From NCBI GenBank assembly GCA_964247055.1, contig OZ176056.1, positions 4,774,001 to 4,838,000 of the forward strand: DNA of 64,000 nt, written 5' to 3'. Source of the stretch: Paragordius varius. Taxonomy: Eukaryota > Animalia > Nematomorpha. The translations under genes were made by a program, and so were the position numbers. Shown piece by piece: positions 52,601 through 64,000 of the stretch. Numbering within the stretch: position 1 is the stretch's first letter; every line of letters begins with the position of its first letter. The notes beneath the pieces are model-generated. The model did not search any database, was not told where the DNA came from, and saw nothing but the letters and a program-made list of their open reading frames with translations.

Positions 52601-54154
52601 TCATTAGTGTGTGTCGTTGTTCATGTTTCACTACCATATAAGGTTGCTGGTCAAATTGCGGCCCATATATATATATTTCATTAAACGGCATATTCACGGC
52701 AGCATAACTAACAAAATGCCAGAGTGGAATTAACCGAGAACACGCTGACTTACTAAAATAGAAAATGATAATATAAAACATCTATAATATACCCGACTTG
52801 ATATACATGGATCGGGATCATCAGTACAAAACTCAATAAACCGCGCTACTTTAGTAGCTAAATTAATTTGATTAAATATGATGATGATATTTTTTGAATG
52901 ATTGTTTAAAAATAAATAGATTTATGTTATGCGAAAAGAGTTATATATATATAATTGCTTACATTTTTTACTGCGTAGGTGGTTTATCACATTTGAGTGC
53001 TTTGTTACAAGCTACACTATTTCCACTCATGAGCCGTGTCCTCTCTACTGCCTTAACTCATATTCGATTTAATAGCGACAATGATATAGATTTAATGACC
53101 ATATCTGAATGGTAATAATATTTATTATTGTGTTTTTGTAACACATTGTATAGAGTTAAAATTATGAGACAAATATTTTTTTATGTTGTAGAGGCAACCT
53201 CTATTTACTCGATATAAATAATTTTAATAGTTACAATTATTTAATATTAAAACGTTTTGTTATATTTAAAAAAATTAATGTTTTTAAAATATATGTTACT
53301 TATCAATAATTATTATAGTTTTATCTATTTTCTTAGAATTTTAATTTGCTGCATTTTTAAAAAAAAATGCTTTTTATGTATTAGGTATCAAAAATGGAAA
53401 GATATTTTCCCACAGCGATTGATATCAAGACCAGAAATTAAGGCCCAGTTTGATTCCTTATTGCTACTTATAAATAATCACTTGACCGCTTTGGAAAATA
53501 GTATATGCTACACTTTTTAAATTCAAAATGGTCAAAAAAACATAAAGTTAAAGTTTTTAAGAATTAAAATAAATCTTGTATATGTTTAAATCCAAATTTT
53601 TTTTATACATAATGTGTTTTCAATGGGTAATATAACAGTCATAATATTTATAGAATAACATTGAAAACAATACTATCATATATATATATATATATATATA
53701 TATTAATTTCATCAAATAAAGTTAACAAACATTTATTATACAAAATTAGTTTTCGTCGTTGAAATAAAAAAGTTTTGACCCCAAAAATTTTTAATTATTT
53801 TTTATTTTAGATATTCCTCTAACTGCATCTATACCTACGAATCAATTTTATCATGCAGGCCCTAATATTCAACTAACACCAGCAAATGAATATGGCATTT
53901 CTCAGCGTTATGGGCATCCCCCTTTACATTCTGTTTACCTTCCACAAACCTCACCCATTTTAATAACCAGTGGGCAAACTGTTTTAGGTATACTTTTTTG
54001 AAAAATAGATAAAGCTAATTTTTGTTCATCAAGAAAGTATAAATAAAACATGTTAAATATATATTTTAGAAAGATAATCCTGTTTCATATTATCTTTTGG
54101 GCCCTATTATATTATTTGCACTACGGAAAAATTTAGGCCTATTTTTAACGTTTA

Positions 54155-54192
<38 letters not shown>

Positions 54193-55226
54193 TAAAAAAT
54201 ATGTAATATATAGATAAAACGAGATATAAAATCATGGTGTAGTTTATAAGTTTTCCTTGTCGTAATGATTGATTAAACAGTAAATTTTTTTATCATAATT
54301 TACCTTACTTTACAAAAATTGTTAAGCTTAAGATATTTGATTCAAGTATTATTTTATTCTTATTTTGTACTAGTCAAACGTTAATAAAGACTTTTTATAT
54401 ATACATTTTTTTTGGATCGTTTAGTAATATTGTTTTTTTCTCCCAGGAATTTAATTAAATATCAATTAATTTTTAAAATCATTATCACAGATACCAGGAT
54501 TCCACCGCCTCCACCGTTGGCCCCACCACCACCACCAAGCTTTCAACAACAAAATTTTACATCCCCATTTTTTCCGACACTGAATTTGGGTGGATATTCT
54601 AACATAAATGTTAAGGCTAATACTACCTACCCTAGTTCACTACAAAATCAGACTTTAAATTTAAACACTGTCACTTTGAACAATTTTGATAGCCATGCTT
54701 CTTCATTCAAAGAATTTGTAAGGGAACGTTTAGAAAACTCAGGCATTAGTATGGTACCATTTAATGCCTCAACCATGTATCATTTACAACTCCCGGCTAA
54801 TAAGAGCATTTATAAAGCGTTTTGTACTAATTCAAGGTTTTTTTTCTGCATTCATTTAGGAATTTTGTTATTTAAAAGTCTCTTTTTATGTACGTGGTAT
54901 GTAGTAGGGGTTGGGATGTTTTAAACATAAAATATTTCACATATACTATTAATAATTCAAATTTACCCTTAAGCACTCAAATTTACCCTAAAAATTGTAT
55001 ATTTAGCTAAACTAACCCATTATATAAATAAATATTTTGTTGTGGCTTGGTTTATCTTTTTTCCGTTTTATAGGATTCGATTTCCAAAAAATTAATTTAT
55101 TTTTAGGGTGTGAATTTTTTAATGGATATGTTTATGGGTTTATTTCAAATGTTCAATTGTCAATTTGAAGTGTATGTTTTAACGCTGCATAAAAACTATG
55201 AAGTATTATAAACATTCAAAGCTATA

Positions 55227-55262
<36 letters not shown>

Positions 55263-55627
55263 AAAATTTTTCATATACGCATTTGGCCTTAAATTTTGAT
55301 TAAAATTTATAATACATACACATAAATATTTAATTAGTAATTTAAAGAGTTTTGTTTAATTCTTATTTTATGATTTTATTCTATTTTTTGGACATCCTTT
55401 TCCCATTTATATTTCTCGTTTGAGTCAAAACACTAATATATTATCTAGTTGTTATAAATTGTGTATTTTATTTGGTTGTAATACATTTTTTTATGTTATA
55501 TAGATCATGCCTTATGTATTTTGAACGCGATGTAATATTTGTTTATCAACCCGGACTTACTTACAAAAGTGAAGCAATGGCTTGGAAACCTATCTCACCC
55601 CAAGAATTAATTAAAATGTTGACTTGA
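44819..55627 (+). CDS. TFIP11: Tuftelin-interacting protein 11 / Ntr1-Spp382 G-patch spliceosome disassembly factor (about 1095 aa)
   Basis: 18 phase-consistent exons: 44819-44912, 44972-45129, 45339-45490, 45985-46045, 46200-46454, 46898-47066, 47470-47773, 48619-48808, 49279-49417, 49656-49785, 50383-50636, 50990-51258, 51750-51966, 52979-53111, 53385-53500, 53811-53987, 54491-54836, 55504-55627 (3288 nt). Motifs: YGIWA, [26 protein letters not shown] (G-patch), KVIDMTG, WDPTKDIIPVHVWVHPWLP, SFKEFV and a C-terminal W.P.S. Confidence 0.95.
50021..50255. mobile_element. MITE family A, intact copy in TFIP11 intron 10
   Basis: TA-flanked CACC...GGTG ends with inverted CCCTTGAACAATTTAAATTCACC / GGTGAATTTGAATTGTTCGAGGG arms. 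A partial copy is also at about 54950-55000. Confidence 0.75.
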
Positions 55628-58209
55628 ATGGCAAAAAACGTTTACGATTTGGGGAAAATAATTCTTTATACTTAAACAAACGTTGATTATATATATAATA
55701 AATTAATTTCATATATAAATATATGTAATATTATCTGGCCCTTATGAATTTTAATATTTATGGGGTTTAATTACACATTTGATATAAACTATTTCGTAAA
55801 AATTATATTTAAGTTTTGAAAAAATGATAAAAAATTATCTTCTGATATAATTTTTGGTAGCAAAAATGTAAAATCAATAGCTTGTTTTGCACAATATAAT
55901 GTTTTTATTTTCGAAGGATAACTTTGAATAAAATATTTTAATTTTATAACTTTAATTCTTAAAGGTGAAATAACGAGTTATATTTAAATAAAAATTTCAC
56001 GTGTATGAAGTATAAGTCACTTGAAAAATAATAAATTTCATGCCATCAAACCAGTCCCAGTTATTAATGTCTTTTCTAAAAAAATACATTGAAAGATATT
56101 TTAGACATAAAATCAAAATACTGATTAAAGTATTTTTAAAATGTTCATTATTTGATTAATCCAAAAGCCAAAAACCGAAAAAATTAGTTTATAAATTCCA
56201 TAAGTCTCTGGGCATTAACATTTAATTTTGTTACACGGTGTTCATCAAAAGCTCTATATATAAATCCTATATCATTTGATATCTAAAGGTTTCAGGATAA
56301 TGAATATCGAAACGATATATGAGGTAAAATACTAACAAAAAAGTTATTATAATTTTTCTGTCATTTGCCAAAATTAAAAAATCGCATTCTCGTCGCATAT
56401 TGGGTCGAATACAATTTCAACGAAGAAAAACGCGTCAAAGAAATTTTATTTGATATTATATCAAAGGGATATTTCCAAGCGCACAATATTATAAATAAGA
56501 TTTTAAAAATTCCCAGAGTTTACTTAAAGGATTTACAGGATTTAATGCTAAAAATGCCCTTTGGCGTCAAATTCGAATCCAATAAATTTGTTATTATGCT
56601 GTAAAACGATTTTAAAATTTAGTTTAACCATCATATATTTGTTTACCCAATATATCGCGTTAAAAAATAAAAAACACCAAAGCGGAAGTAGCTTCCTATA
56701 TATTTAGATGGAGAAAAAAATCTACTCGATTTTTTGATTTGAAAAGTTTTTGTGCCTCAAAGTTATGATTGAGCATTTTAGTGCTATTGATCCCGGCTTT
56801 AGGCATCAAAACTACCCAAATCACAAAACTGAGTCTATAGATTTTTTTTCATCTAGGTCTATAGGGAGGGTAATTATAAAATATATAAATTTGACACCAA
56901 AGTGCAATTTTTAGCATTAATTCTGTAAGTTCTTCAAGGAACCTCTGATAATTTAAAAATATTTGTTTAGGAATTTCTTATAGATATTATCAAATAAAAT
57001 TTGGCTGATGCCTTTTTCTTCGTTGCATTTAATTTCATTCCCCTAATGTGCCACAAGAATGCGATTTTTTGATTTTGACTAATAACATTGAATAATTAAA
57101 ATAACTTTTTCCCAGTATTTTAATTGCATATATCATTTTAATATTTATTATACTGAAGCTTTAAGCTATCAAATCATATATGATTTATAAATAGAACATT
57201 TTAGATCAACCATCAACACCCTATTAGACAAAGATAATTTGTATCATTATCAAATAATTTATATATGTGATATAGTATGATATAATGTACATTTTTGGAT
57301 CGCCTCAAGCTATTTAATTTTAATTAGTTATGCTCAACTTTCTCTAAATAATATATTAATAATAACTTCCTATGTGTGAATACAATTAGTATTATGCACT
57401 ATTTATTTATTTATCAAAAAATACATTTTTTTATATTCAATTAATTGTTAATGTTAATTTTATTTATAAAATAAAATGTTACCAAACCCAACGTTTATTT
57501 AGTCTCCCCAAATTGTGCTTTTTTGACAATAATCAATTAATATTTTGCTTTTGTCATTATTTTTGGACAATTCTCCCAAGTGGGAAAACGTAACTTTTTA
57601 ATTGCGTCTACAACAATGAGTTAAATTGATTTTTTTCATATATTTTATTCAAATTTTATGTGTAATTCCTCCAATATTTTTTAAAGGATCAAATTTTGGC
57701 ATATAAATTTTAATTCTTGTATGGATAATAAAGGGTATCTCTTAAATATATAAATATATTTGTGTAAAAATTTAGATTTATCGATCCCTTTTAATTATTA
57801 ATTAAATTCAAAAAATTTAATTTTTTTAACATCACAAAAAAATTCATGTTAATAATTTTTGGCATTTTTAGTGTTTTACTGTGAGGTTTTTTTACTTATA
57901 TACAGAAATATAATGGAAAAAAAACTTTGCTATTTTTGTTTTTTATATATTTATCAAGGTTTTTAAATGATGTTTCACACAACAACTCTGATGATAATGT
58001 GATGACAGGTATTATTTTTTAAATATAAAGTTTAATTTACTTTTTTAATATTTACTCATGAAAATAACGCTCTAAATTACTTGCAATATATTCTTGCTAA
58101 GTGAAATTCGTTTTTAAAAAACAAAAAGCAATCAAATATATTTGCATCATTAGCCATCGAAAGAGATAAAAATGGGAAAAACATCAAAAATGAGTTAAAT
58201 AATTATTCG

Positions 58210-61200
58210 ATGGATCCCAAAAACGTTGAGAATGATAATAAAATTTTGATGGAAAACTTCCATGAAATTCCACTAAGCGAAAACCATGGTTCAAATATTC
58301 AAATTAATCCACTTGCCACACTTGGCAACACTGGGCAACCGTTGTCCAATGATACAAATCCCAAAGAACGAATTAGAATTGATGCGATAGTTCCGTCAGA
58401 ACATAAAAGTGCCCTTGGAAAACTTATCCTTAGTTCACTGTCTACCAGCCTTAACGTGGCCAATAAATGTATGTCCCATTCAATCCAACGCGTCGAAAAA
58501 AATTTGAAGCATCGGGTAAGAGACGCTAAAAGTTATGAACACATTTCACGGCCCAAAAAATGGTGGGAATTCGTCCTTTTATTTTCCATACTCATAGGGG
58601 TCGAATTTATACACGCGGTTGAGGCCATTTTCGTTAACCCCATACTTCTTGCCATAGGTATACCGGCTACGTTTGCAAGTATGATATGGAGTCTTAGCCC
58701 AGTCCTCGGTTTAATAACTGTCCCTATTTTAGGCTCCCTGAGTGACAAATGTAGCAGTAAATGGGGCCGAAGACGGCCTTTCATTTTTTTCTTTACTATG
58801 GGCATGATAATCGGATTAATACTGATTGGATTTGGACCAAATTTTAGCGTTAAACTAGGGGATGCTGAACTTAAGGAAGCCAAAAATTCACATGCTGTCA
58901 TGACATCACCAACAACTAACACATCAAGTGAATATCCCTTCCACGTAGGCATAGACACTGAAGCAAAACGTACTCAGCCCCATCCCTTATCATATAAATA
59001 CTTGTTAATTTTTATTTGCGCTGGGGTAGTTATCATGGATTATTCTGCCGACTCTGGCTCTTCCCCAGCTCTCAGCTACATGTTAGACATTACACTTTCC
59101 GAACAACATACGCTCGGTCTCACAATAGGTACTGCTATGACGGGAACTGGTGGTTTACTGGGTTATCTGGTAGGTGCTTTAGATTGGGAATCCTATTGGC
59201 ACAGTCCAGTGCTTCGAAATCAGTTCCAAATTGTTTTCATGATAGCTTTAGCACTTTTGATCGTGACGGCAACAATAACGCTAACGAGTTTTCGTGAGAT
59301 GCCACTTTACCACGTTAACGTAGATAAAGCTGAATATGCTAGTCGAATGGCACGAAGCAAATCTCTCTTATATGCCAGCGATCGAAGTATAAAACGAAAA
59401 TATAGTGTACGCACTCGTCCTTATGCTCATTCCATAAGCTATCTTCCTTCACCTCCGCTCTTTGGAGATATGAGCGATCTCAAAGGAGCCAAATTACCTA
59501 AAGGATATCGTGCAAGCTTACCCAACATCTCTTCAAAGAAAAAAAGTTTTTTCGACCGAAAAGCACCACGAATATCCATTTTTAGGAAGAAACCCGCCTC
59601 TCAAGTTAATCCAATCCTTCCTAATGGAAATGTATTACCACATGAAACACCATCTAAAGCAGTTCCTTTAACTCCCATCGTTATACGCATTCAAGATGAA
59701 GATGGAAAAAGCTTGGCACCTATCACTGAATTCGGAGAAAATTTGGATCATCCTATAGGAAACCAGTCACAGAATACCTTTCCAAGCAATGAAAGACCAG
59801 GAATACGGAAAAAATCACCTAAAAGTAGTAAAGATTCTTCGAGATCCAACAGTCCCAACCCTCGTCATAGGTATAAAACGTCATTTAGTTCTGTAATTTC
59901 ACACACAAAATTCCAGGATCTCATACTTGATAAGGGGATAAATCATTCCAGATTATCCATAACCGGTGGTACCAATCCATTAAGTGATACAAGTCGCAAA
60001 TCATCATTATCATCCCGTATTTCAGCAGATACCCCCAAGTAAATATATTCAATCACATTAATAAAACAAAAATTATAATCGTAACGATTTGGTTTAGATT
60101 GCAATATTTTTATCAAAATATGATTAGATCAAAGGATGACATGATGATCGGGTCGTCTTTGGACAAAAAGCAAACCCCATACACCAATCCTTTAACACTT
60201 AGTGGAGTAGATAGTGGTGAGTTAGCAATGGGTCCAGTTTTAAAAGAATTATCTAAAACCGATGGACAAAGTATGTTAACTTTAAAATAATCTATACAAT
60301 AAACAATACTTTTTAATTATCTCTGATACAATGTGTCAAAGTTAGTACGACTTGTGAAGAAAGTAATAAGCATCCTAATTAGGCTCAAAAGACATATAAG
60401 AAAATAAATAAATTCTATATACTCTTAATTGAATTTTTTTGCCATTATACCTATCTATTATTAAAAGTATATAAAAATAGACATTTCATGCCTTAAAAGT
60501 AGCCTAATTAGTTATAATCAGCTGTTAGGCATATTTTTGACTACTTCTGTTAATGGCTTTTAAGACACCAAAATTTATTTCGTCTATGGTATTATTCACT
60601 CTCTCTCTTTAAATCTCCCAAAACTCACAAACGAATTCCAAAATACTCTATGGATTTATATATATTATCTATTATACATTAAATAGATTTACAACAAATT
60701 TCTCCCATCCTATTAAACAACGTACCAGCATCAATTGAATCAAGGGAGTCACAACCTAACAGTCCTTCCCTTACAACTACGACTACAGATGAAGAAGATG
60801 ATATGAGCCTCAAGGAATACCTCATATCGATCGTTAAGATGCCTAGAATCTTGGCTTTTTTGTGTGCTACACATCTGTTTTGTTGGATGGCTTTTCTATG
60901 TTTCGCAACTTACTTCTCTGACTTCGTGGGCCAAAGCGTGTTTCGGGGAAGCCCAACTGCAAACCCTGGAACACCTGAGAATCTTTTGTATGAAGCGGGT
61001 GTTCGGTTTTCGTGTGTCGGCATGTTCGTATACGCTACAACATGTATACTATATTCGACACGCATAAAACCGTTTGCCTTGAGAATTGGTATAAAGCTTA
61101 CGATACATATATAATGTGCACATTTATGCCGTTTAATATTGTAGGCCAATTTGAAATACAGTAGCGTATGTTAGATAACAAATTTTGTCCATTAACAACG

Positions 61201-62812
61201 CAATGTAAGCTAAAAATAATTATTTAATTTTAACATTTTCTTGTCTTTTTCCATACACTATTGAGTTGCCAATTATTGACCAACTATAATGTGAATGGGC
61301 TAGCTTAAGTTTAAAAGTTTATTTGAAGGATGCGCACTCAAACATTACATTAGTACTAGAAAAGTTAGCAGACAGTATAGTACAGACATAATTTAACTTA
61401 CTCTTAATTAATATTATTAGTTTGCAATCAGTTTTTTTTCTTTGATGTTATATCTATAAACCTTTTTTATAGTTGTTTTGATGAGTTATAGTTCGCAACA
61501 GTCTTAAAATTTAAATTATTTTTTAGTACATACAATAAAAATGATAATTGACATATAAAATATAAACGGTTTTAAATCGAATAATAAAACATTGGTTATT
61601 GGCATATATATATATATATATGTATAACAGGAACCAAAAAAGTGTACATGTTTGGTATTGCTTTCTATGCTGTTTCAATGGCCATTCTCGCTGCGGCGCC
61701 ATACAAAGCATCTGTCGTTATTTTGTCCTCGGCCACAGGAATTATCCAAGCGACAATATTAAGTGTCCCGTTCATTTTTGTTTCATTGTACCATGAACAA
61801 GATATTGTAAGTTAAATATATGTATATATATAATAAATATTTTTTTGAGCTTTATGGGTTCTTCTCCTAACTAATTAAAATAGGGTAAAGGACGAAATGT
61901 CTTCGTTCCAGTTGTTTCAAAAAAAAACAATTTTAATTATTTGTCGGTTGATTAATACATATAATCAATTAATTTTTGAATATAATGTGAATAGATGGAC
62001 GCCACATAAACAAAAATTTAAGGTTTAATTATTTATATAAAATTAAAATTTTACCTGTATAAAATAATACAATATTAATAATAAGTAATTAAATCAAAAG
62101 AAGGATAAAACTTAAGTATTTTTTGAACCATTTAAGTCTTTCTGGTTCCAACATGGTTTTGAAAAATTGTAGTTCATTCCAAGTATAAATCCCCTTTATA
62201 TATTATAAATAACAAATGATTTCATTTAACATATTAAGAATTTGAACACTGTCATTGATTGCAAAAAATAAGTTTTAGGGTATAACTTTTCTAAATATAT
62301 TATAAATTTATAATGAATTTTTTTCATGCAACACAGTTATAAAATACTTCACTACAAATAAGTCAGGGTTAGTTTATCCACTATTCGAAGATGAATGCAT
62401 GAATTATATGTAAAAATTTAATAAGTTGGCCTTTTAAAATTTTATGTTGATCTCTTGAAAAGATTTTTTTACGATACGTACTTATGAGTGGTAATTAATT
62501 ATCCATACAATTTTTTTAAACCATATTTACATTTTATAGTTTCGGATTGAACACCAAAAAGCTGACAGGAAACGCATACAAAAACTTGAAGACTCTAATG
62601 AACCAAATTCTGCCGCTATAGTTTATAAGAAACGTGGAACAGGTACAGATGTCGCTATCGTGAGTTCTATGGTATTTTGGGCACAATTAACTATTTCACT
62701 CACGATGGGTAAACTCATAGATGTGTTTAATTCCACGTTAGTTATTCCGCTCTATGGGTGTGCACATGCCCTTATTGCATTGGCCATCTCTTTTTTCATA
62801 AAAAATGCTTAG
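58210..62812 (+). CDS. SLC45-family (MFS, sucrose/H+ symporter-like) membrane transporter (about 950 aa)
   Basis: Exons 58210-60038, 60098-60270, 60687-61088, 61631-61806 and 62540-62812 total 2853 nt, in frame. Motifs GVEF..AVE, W..SP.LG, SD.C.SKWGRRRPFI, MP..L..LC..H...W and RGTGTD. The vertebrate subtype cannot be assigned. Confidence 0.93.
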
Positions 62813-63145
62813 ATACCATAAAAGGTTTGGGAGTTTTGAGGTGAGTTATTTTGATATAATATTGTAAAAAAGTGCAATTTTTTAGCCACAAAAATCAAGG
62901 TAACAAGATTCATTATATTTTCCAAATTGTTATTAATTTATTAACTTAATATTACTTTATTGATACAAATATATCTCGATTACTATACAACATGCTAAAT
63001 AATGTGATCTCATGCATAAATATCATTTCTAATCCATCAAAACATTATGTGGTGTACAATTATAATAAAAACTACATTACATTGACTAAATTATTATGTA
63101 TTATTATTAATTATAGACAATTGTAAAATTAATTTTAAACATTAA

Positions 63146-63180
<35 letters not shown>

Positions 63181-64000
63181 TACTATTACTCAGACCTATT
63201 TGGTTTTAACCATTTGTTTAAAAAAAGGACTTCTTGATCAAATAATTCCCGTTTTCCTGTTCCTAAGAAATTTTGGTAAAATTTTTAAATTAGAGATCGC
63301 CCGTTTTTAAATATACTATGTGGATAAAACATAACATAAATTTAAGTATAGAATTTAAAATTTTATATGCTCTCTTTCAGAAAAAAACCATCTCAAATAA
63401 ATTAAAAAATAGGGCTTACCGTCCAAAATTAAAGAAAGAAATATTCTGATGAAATGGGAAAATATATCAGAATTATCATTGTGCTTTTGGTTTTGGCCCT
63501 GAATGATGGAAAATTATTTACACTTTTGTGGTACATGCTCCATATCGGGAAATGGAATTTGCTCGCATTTTGTTAAATATTTTTTTCGGAAGAAATCACA
63601 ATGATTCATTCCAATGATATCAGTAAAATTCCTATACTAAATATAAAGAGCAAAATAACATTATATATTTTTTGATATGGACTTAAAGTCCCTATATCTT
63701 CGCCCTTTTAAAATGGACTAGTTATTTTATAAACGCAAAATTGAGATTTCGCGATAAAATTTTAAAATCTATGCTAAATTTGGATCAAATTTTCTGAAGT
63801 TAAAACTTTGTTCGAAATTCAATTTTAAGCCAATTTTCGTTGAAGCATACTACATACTCTTTTAAGGCATGATGGAAACGGTATAATAACGTTTTAAAAT
63901 ATTATACAAACATTTTATTATAAAATTTAATGATGCTGAACATTACTATCACTTCAGTTTTTTGCTTAAAATATTTTTTATTCTTAAAATTAAAATAAAA

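Noticed and set aside
56365-56604. 79-aa ORF between TFIP11 and SLC45
   Set aside because: TTG start, no splice context, no recognisable motif and AT-driven composition. Probably part of a repeat.
58533-58958. Minus-strand 141-aa ORF and other ORFs overlapping SLC45, TFIP11 and LysM exons
   Set aside because: Antisense or alternative-frame shadows of real coding exons.
1-64000. CRISPR arrays, rRNA, tRNA or prokaryotic/viral operons
   Set aside because: No regularly spaced repeat-spacer units, no cloverleaf or rRNA-like segments, and gene structure is spliceosomal throughout. Most TTG/GTG-start ORFs in the supplied track are spurious.

Overview
Very AT-rich, intron-containing animal (invertebrate-like) genomic DNA. 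There is no prokaryotic signal, and the taxon cannot be assigned from this window. The right third holds three apparently intact + strand genes that I assembled by hand from reading frame, splice phase and protein motifs: a LysM-domain gene (LYSMD1/2-like, 3 exons, 39870-42624), the spliceosome disassembly G-patch factor TFIP11/Ntr1 (18 exons, 44819-55627, about 1095 aa) and an SLC45-family sugar transporter (5 exons, 58210-62812, about 950 aa). The left two thirds hold the 3' exons of an unidentified cysteine-rich gene (+, 6748 to about 9140) and a decayed multi-exon FN3-like/kinase-like (RTK-like) gene (-, about 9626-17964). A probable second decayed paralog lies at about 370-2060. Transposons are dense here: a four-level nest of MITE/hAT elements, a Mos1-like mariner, a Buster/SPIN-like hAT, two RTE-like LINEs, an internally deleted Gypsy LTR element and several MITE families. 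The most unusual signals concern splicing. An apparently obligatory 25-nt GT-AG intron sits inside the LysM domain. Donor sites are strongly shifted (mostly +4T, rarely +5G). One donor resembles a U12 site, and two acceptors abut (TA)n microsatellites. All gene models and family calls come from manual reading, not from database searches.
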